Origin: Coriobacteriia bacterium
Lineage (GTDB): Bacteria; Actinomycetota; Coriobacteriia; Anaerosomatales; PHET01
NCBI GenBank assembly: GCA_035687245.1
Contig: DASRYH010000050.1
Coordinates: forward strand, 13,820-77,819
DNA length: 64,000 nt
Direction: 5' to 3'
Within the stretch, counting starts at the first letter, position 1. Each line of letters opens with the position of its first letter. The notes below the pieces were generated by a model. The model worked only from the letters and a program-made list of their open reading frames with translations. It had not been told where the DNA came from and searched no databases. Made by a program: the position numbers and the translations under genes. Positions 46,877 through 58,566 of the stretch are shown here, one piece after another.

Positions 46877-47497
46877 CTACTTACTGATGCCCTGACCGAC
46901 CGAGAGGGTGACCTCGCTGTCGCCGTAGAGCATCGTCGCCGAAGAGGACGTCAGGTTGACGACCTTCCAGGGCGTGCCTTCGAGCGTATCGCCTTCACCG
47001 GCCGTGTAGCTCTTACCGTTCCAGATGAAGGTGGCGACAAGATCACCATCGACCGTCTTGATGCTCTCCAGCGCCAGCGTGTCCGCCGGAACCGACGCGG
47101 TCGAGCTCGTATTCGTGCTGCCCGAAGTGCCGGTCGACGAAGTCGTCGTCGCCGAGACAGGCGGTTTCACCGTGGGCACGAATGGGTTGCGGAATGTGAA
47201 AACGTCCTCGACGGGATCCGCATCGCGCGCGGTTGCAGGCTCAGTTGGCGTCGCGGGCTTCTGGTTGCTCGCCGTAGTGACAGGTGCCTTGGCCGCATCC
47301 TTGGCCGCGTCCTTGACCGCGTTGAACAGACCGTTGCCCAGTATCAGCAATCCGACTGTGGCGAGAAGAGCCGCTACGATGGCGAGCCCTCCGGCGATCA
47401 TAAGCGCCTTGCCAAGAGTCGTTGAGAAGAATCCCGCCTTCGGCTCGACTGCTGCGTCCGCCTGAGGGACAGGGGCCGGGTTCATGTTGTCGACCAT
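46877..47497 (-). CDS. membrane-anchored PilP-like pilus assembly protein (hypothetical)
   Basis: 206 aa. N-terminal TM and a low-complexity T/S/P linker containing FRNPFVP. The C-terminal beta-rich segment (LALESIKTVDGDLVATFIWNGKSYTAGEGDTLEGTPWKVVNLTSSSATMLYGD) resembles the PilP pattern. RBS GGGGGGAG. Lies immediately after pilO. Confidence 0.5.
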   Translation of the reverse strand: MVDNMNPAPVPQADAAVEPKAGFFSTTLGKALMIAGGLAIVAALLATVGLLILGNGLFNAVKDAAKDAAKAPVTTASNQKPATPTEPATARDADPVEDVFTFRNPFVPTVKPPVSATTTSSTGTSGSTNTSSTASVPADTLALESIKTVDGDLVATFIWNGKSYTAGEGDTLEGTPWKVVNLTSSSATMLYGDSEVTLSVGQGISK

Positions 47498-47510
47498 CTC
47501 TGCTCCCCCC

Positions 47511-48128
47511 TTACTGGGCCGGCGCCGTAGCAGGCGCGCTTGCCGATGCGTCAGCCGATGCCGGCAGTACGTACGTCGTGATCTTCATCGTGGTCTGGAC
47601 GTCATACTGGCCCAGCGACGGTTCCTTATCCTTGCGTGTCTGCTCGTCAATCGGCTCCGAGCGCAGCTCGTTGACGCGGACGAGGCGAGACATCTTCTGC
47701 AGGTCCTGGACGAAGTCGACAGAGTCGCTCCAGGAGCCCCAAGTGACCACGTTCAGGCTCATCTCGACGTAGGGCTTGCCGGCTGGCATGAGCGGCGGCT
47801 GCGGCTCGATCCTTCTGATGAGCACGCCATCGTCATAGGCACGGTCCTGCAGCTCAACGAGGAGCGAGGGCAGCTCAGGGGTGTCGGGCAGCGATGCCGC
47901 CAGCTGTAGCAGCTCGGCATCGTTCTGGACGGCACGGTCACGCACTTCCTTGCGCCTATCCAGTAAAGTCTTGGCCTCGCCCTGCTGCCGTTCCGCCGAG
48001 GCGATGTCGGCATCGAGCTGGCGCATCTGAGCGATCTTGGGAACGATCAGCGCCACGACTGCGACGACCACCAGCAGCAGGAACAATGCTGCTACGAGCA
48101 TGAGTTGGTTTCGCGGTGAGAGTTTCAT
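47511..48128 (-). CDS. pilO: type IV pilus assembly protein PilO
   Basis: 205 aa. N-terminal TM, a coiled coil (QMRQLDADIASAERQQGEAKTLLDRR) and a ferredoxin-like C-terminus. Position after pilN. Confidence 0.75.
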   Translation of the reverse strand: MKLSPRNQLMLVAALFLLLVVVAVVALIVPKIAQMRQLDADIASAERQQGEAKTLLDRRKEVRDRAVQNDAELLQLAASLPDTPELPSLLVELQDRAYDDGVLIRRIEPQPPLMPAGKPYVEMSLNVVTWGSWSDSVDFVQDLQKMSRLVRVNELRSEPIDEQTRKDKEPSLGQYDVQTTMKITTYVLPASADASASAPATAPAQ

Positions 48129-48137
48129 GGCTGCCTA

Positions 48138-48782
48138 CTACTGGACCGCGGCCGTGGCCGAGGCGCTCGAAGAATCGGACGGGATTGCGATCTTCGCGGT
48201 TGCGGTGAAGTTGAGGACTTCCACGCCGGTCGACGACGCGTCCTCGTCCAGACCCTGGAAACCGCTGTAGTCGCCGATCTCGGCAGTCGTGAGCCAAACA
48301 TCGTAGAGCGAATCGAGCGAGTTCAAGCGCACGAGACTAGCAGCCGTGGACTTAAAGCTCGAAGCCATCGAAGCGCCGCCGCCACGCGGAGCGCATCCGT
48401 CGATGAGCAGCCCCTGCGTCTCACTCGCCGTCAGAGTCTTGACGAAGACCTCTTCGGGCAGGATGACCGCGAGCTCTTCGGCGAGCCGGCCCATGTTGAC
48501 CCGTCCAGCGATAGCAGCTGCTGCGACCTGCTCGCGCTGCCTGAGGGACGCTTCCTGCACCTCAAAGACGCGATAGGAGTCAGCCTGCGCCTGCAGCTTG
48601 CCGGTACTCTCCTCGATGGTCTGCAGGTCACGTGCGCGCGAGGAGGCCGTGAAGCTCAAGACGCCCCACACCGCGACAACGACTCCCAGTAGCACGAGGC
48701 CCGGAATGATGACGGCCGGGTACCAGCGCTCGTACCTGCGGCGCTCGAGAATCTCAGCTGGCAGAAGGTTGATCCTGACCAT
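48138..48782 (-). CDS. pilN: type IV pilus assembly protein PilN
   Basis: The N-terminus MVRINLLPAEILERRR is the conserved PilM-binding INLLP peptide. One TM follows. Confidence 0.85.
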   Translation of the reverse strand: MVRINLLPAEILERRRYERWYPAVIIPGLVLLGVVVAVWGVLSFTASSRARDLQTIEESTGKLQAQADSYRVFEVQEASLRQREQVAAAAIAGRVNMGRLAEELAVILPEEVFVKTLTASETQGLLIDGCAPRGGGASMASSFKSTAASLVRLNSLDSLYDVWLTTAEIGDYSGFQGLDEDASSTGVEVLNFTATAKIAIPSDSSSASATAAVQ

Positions 48783-49924
48783 TAGTCAAGACCCCCCAAC
48801 GCCAATCCGATTGCAGGCGCGACGCCAAGGCGGTCTGCCATGACGGCCGGCTCGACACTCGATGCCAGCTGCACCTGAGACAGCGGGTCGCCGATGACGA
48901 CCTCAGTCTGAAGCCCGTTCGCGAGGTACGCAGGGAAGTTGCGCAAGGCTGCACCGCTGCCCGTAAGGATGATTCGCTTGATGGTGCGCAGCTGGGCAGC
49001 CTGCGTCAGGTAGTAGTCCAACGATCGGCGGACTTCACCGATGAACTTGTTCGCCTCGCGCTCGAGCGCTTCCTGTGCGGCGCCCACGACCTGGGGATCT
49101 ACTCCCGCGGGAACCGCAGGAGCTGAGCCGTCCAGTGCGGGCAGTCCAACCTGAAGCTTGAGCGTCTCCGCCTCGTCGAAGGTCAGGTTCAACACGCTGG
49201 AGACGGCCTGGGTGAACTGGCTACCAGCCTGCGAAGACACACGAGTGAACCGTGTGACCCCACCCTCGACCACAGCGATGTTGGTGATACCCGAGCTCAC
49301 GTGGATGAGGCCGACAGCCTCGCTGTTCTCGTGCTCATCGGGGAAGAGCACGCTCGACTCGCCCAGAAGCGACCTGACGAGCGCGAAAGCGGTCACGTCG
49401 ATCTGCATGAGCTTGAGTCCGGCGCCTTCGACCGCATGTACGAGGTCGCTGATCATGTCGCGTTGCGCGGCAACGAGAAGCACTTCCATCATGTGCTCGT
49501 CGGCGGCGGTCACGTAGTCGCCGATCACCTCGTGCGAAAGGATAGCTTCGTCGATGGGAATCGGGATGTAGTCCTGGGCCTGATATTGGATGGCGCCGGC
49601 AAGCTCGGCCTTCTCCATGAAGGGCAGGTCGATCAGGCGCACAACGACCTTCTGGTTCGAGACTCCAACGGCAACTTCCTTGGAGCGGAAGCCTCCCGTG
49701 CGCCACAGGTCCTTGAGTGCGCCGGCGACCGCCTCAGCGTCGATGATCTCGCCCTCTACGACAGCACCGTAAGGCACGCCGACAGAGGCATACGACGAGA
49801 GAATGGGGCCGGAGCCGGATGGCCGAACCTGGACGGCGCGAACATGATCCGTCCCGATGTCCAACCCGATGGGTGGCGTCACTGCGCCAAAGGAAACAGG
49901 AGCCACGCAATCCTCCCTCGACAT
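48782..49924 (-). CDS. pilM: type IV pilus assembly ATPase-fold protein PilM
   Basis: 380 aa with an actin/FtsA-like fold (IGLDIGTDHVRAVQV..., ILTGSGAALRNF). Directly precedes pilN. Confidence 0.85.
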   Translation of the reverse strand: MSREDCVAPVSFGAVTPPIGLDIGTDHVRAVQVRPSGSGPILSSYASVGVPYGAVVEGEIIDAEAVAGALKDLWRTGGFRSKEVAVGVSNQKVVVRLIDLPFMEKAELAGAIQYQAQDYIPIPIDEAILSHEVIGDYVTAADEHMMEVLLVAAQRDMISDLVHAVEGAGLKLMQIDVTAFALVRSLLGESSVLFPDEHENSEAVGLIHVSSGITNIAVVEGGVTRFTRVSSQAGSQFTQAVSSVLNLTFDEAETLKLQVGLPALDGSAPAVPAGVDPQVVGAAQEALEREANKFIGEVRRSLDYYLTQAAQLRTIKRIILTGSGAALRNFPAYLANGLQTEVVIGDPLSQVQLASSVEPAVMADRLGVAPAIGLALGGLD

Positions 49925-50098
49925 CTGCTACGACTAGTCTTCATCAACTTCTGCGATGCTCCCGCGGCGATGATATCACAGAGACTGCTGTGTCGACCCT
50001 GATAGCGCCGACCACGTTTTGTGATATTCGCCACTCTTGCACAACTCTCATATCGGCAAGCGATGCCTGAGCCTTGAACTCTCATTTCCTGGTCCTGG

Positions 50099-50932
50099 TC
50101 AGGCCAGTCCGGCAAGCCTCATGTACCACTGCCAGAGAGGTTCGCCCCCGAAGACCACCACGACGGTGGCGGCCGCGATGAAGGGGCCGAACGGCATCTT
50201 TTCCCGCCAACCCTTCAAGCGTCCGGCCGGCAGCATCCACAGAACGCCGAGGATGCTCGCCAGGAACAGAACCATGACGGCGTACGGCCCAACGAAGACA
50301 CCGATCGCGCCAAGCAGTTTCACGTCCCCCATGCCGAATCCGTCGGCCTTGCGTACCGCCGAATAGAGCGCCGCGAGGCCGAGGCTCAGCCCCGCGCCAA
50401 GCAGCACGCCCGCAAGAGCGCCATACAACGGATCTGCGGGCCAGCCGCCCGCTGACGCAGGCACGAGTGGCATCGCAGCCCAACCGATCAACTTGGCAGC
50501 AGCAGCGAGCACAAGACCGGAACCGAAGAGCCCGGCGACGAGCACATTCGGCAGACGCATCACATCGATGTCGATCATCGAGAGCAGTAGGAGCAGGGTG
50601 AACAGCACGATCGCGGGCACCGTCTTCGGCCCCATGTGGTAGTAGGAGCCCGCGAGCCACCACAGAAGGCCCATCGCGGCCTCAACGAGTGGGTACCTGG
50701 TGGAGATGGGGTCTCCGCAGTCCGCGCACTTCCCGCGCAGCCATAGCCAGCCGAGCACCGGCACGTTGTGGTACCAGCGGATCGGATGGCCGCACGCCGG
50801 GCAGTGCGATGCGGGGTAGTTGAGCGACTCGCCTCGAGGCAGCCGGTAGATCACGACATTCCCAAAGCTACCGATGAGCAGGCCGAACACCCCGAGAAGG
50901 AGCGGTCCGAGCCACGAAGGGACTTCCAGCAC
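50099..50932 (-). CDS. pilD: prepilin peptidase (A24 family) PilD
   Basis: From GTG 50932 (AAGGA upstream): LIGSFGNVVIYRLP, a CPACGHPI...CADCG zinc knuckle and the catalytic-Asp region GMGDVKLLG. The upstream ORF-track extension overlaps the pilin gene and its terminator and is rejected. Confidence 0.85.
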   Translation of the reverse strand: MLEVPSWLGPLLLGVFGLLIGSFGNVVIYRLPRGESLNYPASHCPACGHPIRWYHNVPVLGWLWLRGKCADCGDPISTRYPLVEAAMGLLWWLAGSYYHMGPKTVPAIVLFTLLLLLSMIDIDVMRLPNVLVAGLFGSGLVLAAAAKLIGWAAMPLVPASAGGWPADPLYGALAGVLLGAGLSLGLAALYSAVRKADGFGMGDVKLLGAIGVFVGPYAVMVLFLASILGVLWMLPAGRLKGWREKMPFGPFIAAATVVVVFGGEPLWQWYMRLAGLA

Positions 50933-51042
50933 CTTGACAGGTCCTTTCGACGACGAGTGGCGAAACGAGCCTAGCCGAAGTGGGTTTCGGCCGCCACACC
51001 GGTCCACGCCGGTGCGCACCAGAGTGTTGTCGCTTCCTCCGG

Positions 51043-51076
51043 AGAAACAAGAAGGGCCGGGAGATCCCGGCCCTTC
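51043..51076 (-). terminator. strong rho-independent terminator after the pilin gene
   Basis: The minus strand reads GAAGGGCCGGGA-UC-UCCCGGCCCUUC followed by UUGUUUCU. The stem is 12 bp and perfect, starting 24 nt after the pilA stop. Confidence 0.8.
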
Positions 51077-51099
51077 CGTTACGCTTTGGTTCGATTGGC

Positions 51100-51465
51100 C
51101 TAGTACTCGTGGCCGTCCGACGCAGCCAGGCTGCAGACGAAGTTCGGCGAAGACGTACCGGAGCCGTTCAGGCTGTAGACACCAGCGGCGGGGCATGCCG
51201 GGGTCGTCTTGACATAGGTACCGAGATCGCCCATAGCGGCGGCGAAGTTGGCCCAGTCGGCCGGATCGTTCGTCGGGTCAGCGGCACGCCACTGCTCGAT
51301 AGCACCGTCGAGGGTGCGCAGGTTGGCCTGGCACGAACGACGCTGTGCGTTGCCGCGAGCGGCGTTGAAGACCGGGATAGCGATAGCAACAAGAATACCG
51401 ATAATAAGCACGACGACCATGAGCTCGACGAGGGTGAATCCCTCTTCCTTACGGAACAGCTTCAT
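51100..51465 (-). CDS. pilA: type IV pilin (major pilin candidate)
   Basis: From ATG 51465 (RBS GGAGG): MKLFRKEEG|FTLVELMVVVLIIGILVAIAIP. This is a class III signal peptide with Gly-1, Phe+1 and Glu+5. 121 aa with 3 Cys. Confidence 0.9.
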   Translation of the reverse strand: MKLFRKEEGFTLVELMVVVLIIGILVAIAIPVFNAARGNAQRRSCQANLRTLDGAIEQWRAADPTNDPADWANFAAAMGDLGTYVKTTPACPAAGVYSLNGSGTSSPNFVCSLAASDGHEY

Positions 51466-51500
51466 GTGGTCGCACCTCCTCTCCCCCATCTGGGGTAACA

Positions 51501-51528
51501 GTCGGGCGGAACCTTTCCGCCCTCCGAC
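51501..51528 (-). other. stem-loop in the pilA 5' leader
   Basis: GGGCGGAA-agg-TTCCGCCC is a perfect 8-bp stem, extendable with GTCGG/CCGAC across a 2-nt bulge. It ends about 36 nt upstream of the pilA ATG. Confidence 0.4.
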
Positions 51529-51643
51529 ATCACAGTTATCGGTGGCCCACAACCAGACTTGAGCAAAAATGTGGGATAAATCTCAGATTGGTGTCGACCG
51601 TCACTACAAATGAGCACAAATCGGCGTTTTGCCAGCTTGTCGG

Positions 51644-51685
51644 GGGGAAACGAAACGGGCCCGGGAGCTGATGGCTCCTGGGCCC
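51644..51685 (-). terminator. terminator-like hairpin after pilC
   Basis: 12-bp stem GGGCCCAGGAGC/GCTCCCGGGCCC with one mismatch, followed by GUUUCGUUUCCCC. It begins about 39 nt after the pilC stop. Confidence 0.5.
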
Positions 51686-51723
51686 GCTGCATTCGATTTC
51701 AGTACGAACTGCTGATGCTGCCG

Positions 51724-52932
51724 CTACTGCACCAGGCTGATGACGTTGAACATCGGCTGATACAGGGCGATGACCATACCGCCGACTACGACGCCCAGAG
51801 TCATCATCATGAGCGGTTCGATCAGTGATGTGAGACCCTCTACCGCCGACGAGACCTCTTCGTCGTAGAAGTCGGCGATCTTGTTGAGCATCGCGTCGAG
51901 CGCACCGGTCTCTTCGCCGACCGCGATCATCTGCACGAGCATCGATGGGAAGACCTTGCTCTCCGATAGCGGCTTGGCGATCGTCTCGCCTTCCTTGATT
52001 GCCGATCGGGCGTTCTGAACCGCTTCGGCGACTACCTCGTTGCCGGCGGTCTCGCCAACGATGTCGAGCGCGGTGAGGATTGGAACGCCCGCCGCGATGA
52101 GCGTGCCGAACGTTCGCGTGAACTTGGCCAGGGCCATCTTCTGAATCATGCCGCCGAACACAGGCATCTTGAGCTTCGCGCTGTCCCAAATGTAGCGTCC
52201 GGCGCCACTCGCCCACCACTTGAAGATGAAGAACAGGACGACGGCGACCACCGCAGAAACGAGACCCTTCCAGCTTGCGACGAAGTGGGAGATGTTGATC
52301 AGCGTGCGCGTCGTGATTGGCAGCTCACCACCCATGTCCGAGAACATCTTCTCGAAAGTCGGGATGACGAAGATCATCATCGCGGCAAGGATCAGCAGAA
52401 CCATCGCGCCCATCGCGACCGGGTAGGTCATCGCTGACTTCACCTTGCCCCGCAACGCCAAGTCACGTTCGAAGTGGTCCGCTACTCGATTCAAGACCTC
52501 GTCGAGAACACCACCAGTCTCGCCGGCTCGGACCATGTTGATGAAGATGGGCGGGAACACCTTGGGGTGCTTGGCGAGAGAGTCAGAGAGCGACTGGCCC
52601 GCCTCAACGTCCTTCCCGAGCTGCGCGATGATGTCGCGCAGATACGAGTTCTCCGTCTGACCCGACAGGATCGTCAGACACTTCGTGAGCGACAGACCCG
52701 CGTTGATCATCGTGGAGAACTGCCGGGCGAAGATCGAGACGTCCTTGAGCTTCACGCCCGTACCGAACGTGATGCTGTTCAGGGCTGCAACGCCGGTCTC
52801 AGAGTTGAGCTCGACGATGATGTAGCCCATCTGAGTGAGCTTGCCCTGGACCGCCTCTTTGCTCTCACCTTCGAGCTTACCCTTGGCGATCTTGCCTGCT
52901 CGATCTCGGACTGTGTATACGAACGTGGCCAT
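51724..52932 (-). CDS. pilC: type IV pilus platform protein PilC (GspF family)
   Basis: 402 aa with two GspF repeats (FARQFSTMINAGLSL..., FTRTFGTLIAAGVPI...). Confidence 0.92.
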   Translation of the reverse strand: MATFVYTVRDRAGKIAKGKLEGESKEAVQGKLTQMGYIIVELNSETGVAALNSITFGTGVKLKDVSIFARQFSTMINAGLSLTKCLTILSGQTENSYLRDIIAQLGKDVEAGQSLSDSLAKHPKVFPPIFINMVRAGETGGVLDEVLNRVADHFERDLALRGKVKSAMTYPVAMGAMVLLILAAMMIFVIPTFEKMFSDMGGELPITTRTLINISHFVASWKGLVSAVVAVVLFFIFKWWASGAGRYIWDSAKLKMPVFGGMIQKMALAKFTRTFGTLIAAGVPILTALDIVGETAGNEVVAEAVQNARSAIKEGETIAKPLSESKVFPSMLVQMIAVGEETGALDAMLNKIADFYDEEVSSAVEGLTSLIEPLMMMTLGVVVGGMVIALYQPMFNVISLVQ

Positions 52933-52960
52933 GATGACTCCTTGATGCGTTGTCCGCCTG

Positions 52961-54631
52961 TTAGACGATGACTCGCATGATCTCCTCGATCGAGGTCTGC
53001 CCCAGCCTTACCTTTTCTAGACCATCTTGCTTCAGCGTGTGCATGCCTTGCGCTACTGCCGTCGCCTTGATCTTCTCAGAGGTCGCTTCTTCCACACAGA
53101 GGCGCGAGATCTCCTCAGTGATCGTCAGCACTTCGTGCACGCCGATACGCCCACGATAGCCCGTACCACCGCACCGGCGACAGCCTTCGGCGCGGTATAC
53201 GACCTCAGGGACGTTATCGGCAGGGAAGCCGGCCTCGATGAGCACCTGCGACTTGGGACGCCACTCCTGCTTGCAGTCCGGGCATAGCTTCCGAGCCAGG
53301 CGTTGGGCCAGCACGCAGTCGATTGCCGAGGAGACCAGGAAGGGCTCGACGCCCATCTCGATAAGGCGCGTCATAGCACTCGACGAGTCGTTGGTGTGCA
53401 GCGTGGAGAGGACGAGGTGACCGGTGAGCGCCGACTCGATGGCGATCTGTGCGGTCTCCTGGTCACGGATCTCGCCGACGAGGATGACATCGGGCGAGCA
53501 GCGCAGGAACGAGCGCAGTGCGCGAGCGAACGTGAGACCGGCCTTGTGGTTGATCTGACACTGGTTGACGCCCGGGAGGCGATATTCGACCGGGTCTTCG
53601 GCGGTGATGATGTGTCTGTCGGGATCGTTGAGCACGTTTATCGCCGCATAGAGCGACGTCGACTTGCCCGAACCCGTCGGACCGGTCACGAGTACGGTGC
53701 CGTACGGCTTCTTGAAGGAGGCCTCGAAGCGCTCGAGTGCCGAGGGCAGGAAGCCGAGATCGGAGAGCTGTAGCAGGATCGAGTCCTTGCGCAGGATTCG
53801 CAGAACCACGCGCTCGCCGTAGACCGTCGGGAGCGTTGACACTCGGAAGTCCACGCGGTGCGCGCCGACGGTGACGGCACAGTGGCCGTCCTGTGGCCGA
53901 CGCGAGTCCGCAATGTCCATCTCGGCCATGATCTTGAAGCGGCTGATGAGCGACTGCTGCGACGACTTCGGACTGCGCATGATCTCGTGGAGCACGCCGT
54001 CGATTCGGAAGCGCACGCGAACCTCAGACTCCTGCGGCTCGATGTGAATGTCAGACGCGCGCTCGGTGACGGCCTTCTGGATGAGGTAGTTGACGAGTTT
54101 GACGGCCGGAGACTCCTCGCCGACCTCAGTCATACCCGCGAGCTCGTCTGATGAGATGTCGTCGGTTCCAACGAAGTCGGAGTCGTCGGTGTGCTCGGCG
54201 ACCTTGTAGTACTCCTGGATCGCTGCCTGAATGTCGTCTTTAGTGGAGATTGCGGGGCGGATTTCGAGACCCGTGATGATGCGCAGGTCATCGAGGGCAA
54301 GCACGTTCTGCGGGTCGGCCATCGCAACCACGAGCTCACCGTCGGTGAGCTTGATCGGCATCAGCGTGTACCGTTCGGCGAGGTCACGGGGAACGGTCGT
54401 GACGGCCGAAGGCTCGGGATTAACCTCTCCGAAGTCGATGTAGTCGATCCCGATCTGCTTGGCCATGACCGAGAGAATCGAGCCTTGAGTCGCGTACCCG
54501 AGGTCGACCAACACGCGGCCGAGCGGACGGCTGGTGGCCCGGTGGACCTCAAGCGCGTCCGCCAACTGGCGGTCGGTGATGATTCCGGCCCGCTCAAGGA
54601 GCTGGCCGAGTCGTTGTCCGGCTAGTGCCAC
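52961..54631 (-). CDS. pilB: type IV pilus assembly ATPase, PilB/GspE family (paralogue 1)
   Basis: 556 aa. N-terminal GspE-N/MshEN-like domain, Walker A GPTGSGKST, Asp box AEDPVEY, Walker B LVGEIRD, His box LSTLHTND and a tetra-Cys cluster CPDC...CRRCGGTGYRGR. GTG start. Confidence 0.92.
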   Translation of the reverse strand: MALAGQRLGQLLERAGIITDRQLADALEVHRATSRPLGRVLVDLGYATQGSILSVMAKQIGIDYIDFGEVNPEPSAVTTVPRDLAERYTLMPIKLTDGELVVAMADPQNVLALDDLRIITGLEIRPAISTKDDIQAAIQEYYKVAEHTDDSDFVGTDDISSDELAGMTEVGEESPAVKLVNYLIQKAVTERASDIHIEPQESEVRVRFRIDGVLHEIMRSPKSSQQSLISRFKIMAEMDIADSRRPQDGHCAVTVGAHRVDFRVSTLPTVYGERVVLRILRKDSILLQLSDLGFLPSALERFEASFKKPYGTVLVTGPTGSGKSTSLYAAINVLNDPDRHIITAEDPVEYRLPGVNQCQINHKAGLTFARALRSFLRCSPDVILVGEIRDQETAQIAIESALTGHLVLSTLHTNDSSSAMTRLIEMGVEPFLVSSAIDCVLAQRLARKLCPDCKQEWRPKSQVLIEAGFPADNVPEVVYRAEGCRRCGGTGYRGRIGVHEVLTITEEISRLCVEEATSEKIKATAVAQGMHTLKQDGLEKVRLGQTSIEEIMRVIV

Positions 54632-54714
54632 TTAGTCTGCTGCTTCCGCCGAGGACCTACCGATGCATCAGAGCACGCCACCGCCTGCTGTGGTAGCAGA
54701 CCTTGTGACGCTCC

Positions 54715-55254
54715 TCACACTCCTTTATCGGTTTCATCCTTGGCTTCTTTTAGGGCCGAGAGCAGCGAATCGGCATATGAGCGGAACTTCAGCTGCGTGC
54801 GCGTCCCGTCTTTGACCACGATCCGGGTGTCACCGACCCACAGTTCGACAGGTGCGACGAGACCGCTTGCGTAGGGCGCCTTGGCCGCGCGATCGGTGTC
54901 AGACTCGTTCTTAGCTTGCGCAGGCTCAGGCGCCAACTCGGCGTCCTCCGGCTCGATTTCCCCGGCCACTTGCGGCCCTTCGACGGCGTCCGACACTCCA
55001 GCGGCGTCTGCGGGCAGATAACGAGTCTCAGGCACAGGGAGCAACGGTTCTTCGGCAGGCTCCAGCACCAGGGGCCGTGGTGCCGGGAATGTAGTCTGGG
55101 GTTCGTCGGCCGGCATCAGCTGGGAGGCAGGCCCGCCTACTGCCGAAACGGACTTGTTGGACGACTTGTTCAGGCCAGTCGCGAGAGTGATCACGATGCC
55201 GATGACACCGATGACGATCCCGGCACCGATTCCCAAGAGGATCGGATCAGCCAC
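54715..55254 (-). CDS. 179-aa single-pass membrane protein with P/E-rich linker and small C-terminal domain (hypothetical)
   Basis: N-terminal TM (ILLGIGAGIVIGVIGIVITLA), then a P/E/A-rich linker, then VELWVGDTRIVVKDGTRTQLKFRSYADSLLSALKEAK. Starts 3 nt after the GTPase stop. I recognise no family. Confidence 0.55.
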   Translation of the reverse strand: MADPILLGIGAGIVIGVIGIVITLATGLNKSSNKSVSAVGGPASQLMPADEPQTTFPAPRPLVLEPAEEPLLPVPETRYLPADAAGVSDAVEGPQVAGEIEPEDAELAPEPAQAKNESDTDRAAKAPYASGLVAPVELWVGDTRIVVKDGTRTQLKFRSYADSLLSALKEAKDETDKGV

Positions 55255-55257
55255 TCC

Positions 55258-55785
55258 CTACTCCATGTTCTCGACGATGGCGTAGAGCAGTCCCAGCAGA
55301 ACCGACTTGACCGAGTCGCGGCTGCGGGCGTCCAGCGCCAGCATTGGAACGTCTGGGTGAAGCTCAAGGCTCTTTGCGAGCGCCTTAAGCGACCCTTCGT
55401 CGCCCTCGGCGACCTTGTTTGCGCCTACGACGAACGGCACGTCCGAGCGCTCCGTGAAGAACTCGATGATCTCCTTGGCCTCACGCACGCTCTCGCGTGA
55501 GCCGGCGTCGACGAGAACGACGAAGCCAAGCATTCCTTCCGAAAGCGTCTCCCACATGAAGGAGAATCGTGACTGCCCGGGCGTGCCGAACAGGTAGAGC
55601 ACCACATCATCGGAGACCGTGATGCGACCGAAGTCCATTGCAACCGTCGTCTCGCCCTTGCTGTCAGACGAGTAGTCGCTGACCTGTCGCTCAGTTGAGA
55701 GCACGGTGATCTCGGAGACCGACTTGATGAACGTCGTCTTACCTGCGTTAAACGGGCCTGTGACCACTACTTTGACCGACTGCAT
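55258..55785 (-). CDS. small Ras-like P-loop GTPase (CvnD / COG2229 / MglA-superfamily type)
   Basis: 175 aa. G1 VVVTGPFNAGKTTF, switch I TTVAMDFG, G3 LFGTPGQSRF and a degenerate G4 GANKVAEG. This resembles conservon CvnD-type GTPases. Confidence 0.8.
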   Translation of the reverse strand: MQSVKVVVTGPFNAGKTTFIKSVSEITVLSTERQVSDYSSDSKGETTVAMDFGRITVSDDVVLYLFGTPGQSRFSFMWETLSEGMLGFVVLVDAGSRESVREAKEIIEFFTERSDVPFVVGANKVAEGDEGSLKALAKSLELHPDVPMLALDARSRDSVKSVLLGLLYAIVENME

Positions 55786-55795
55786 CTGCGGTGTC

Positions 55796-58528
<2,733 letters not shown>

Positions 58529-58566
58529 TTGAAAACGTCACTTACCTCTTAGCCGAATACCCGTCA

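Noticed and set aside
51466-51643. Sigma-54 (TGGCAC-N5-TTGC) promoter upstream of the pilin gene, prompted by CTGGCAAAACGCCGATTTGTGC.
   Set aside because: The GG and GC dinucleotides are not at the required 10-nt spacing, and sigma-54 is not expected in Actinomycetota. The promoter is left unassigned.
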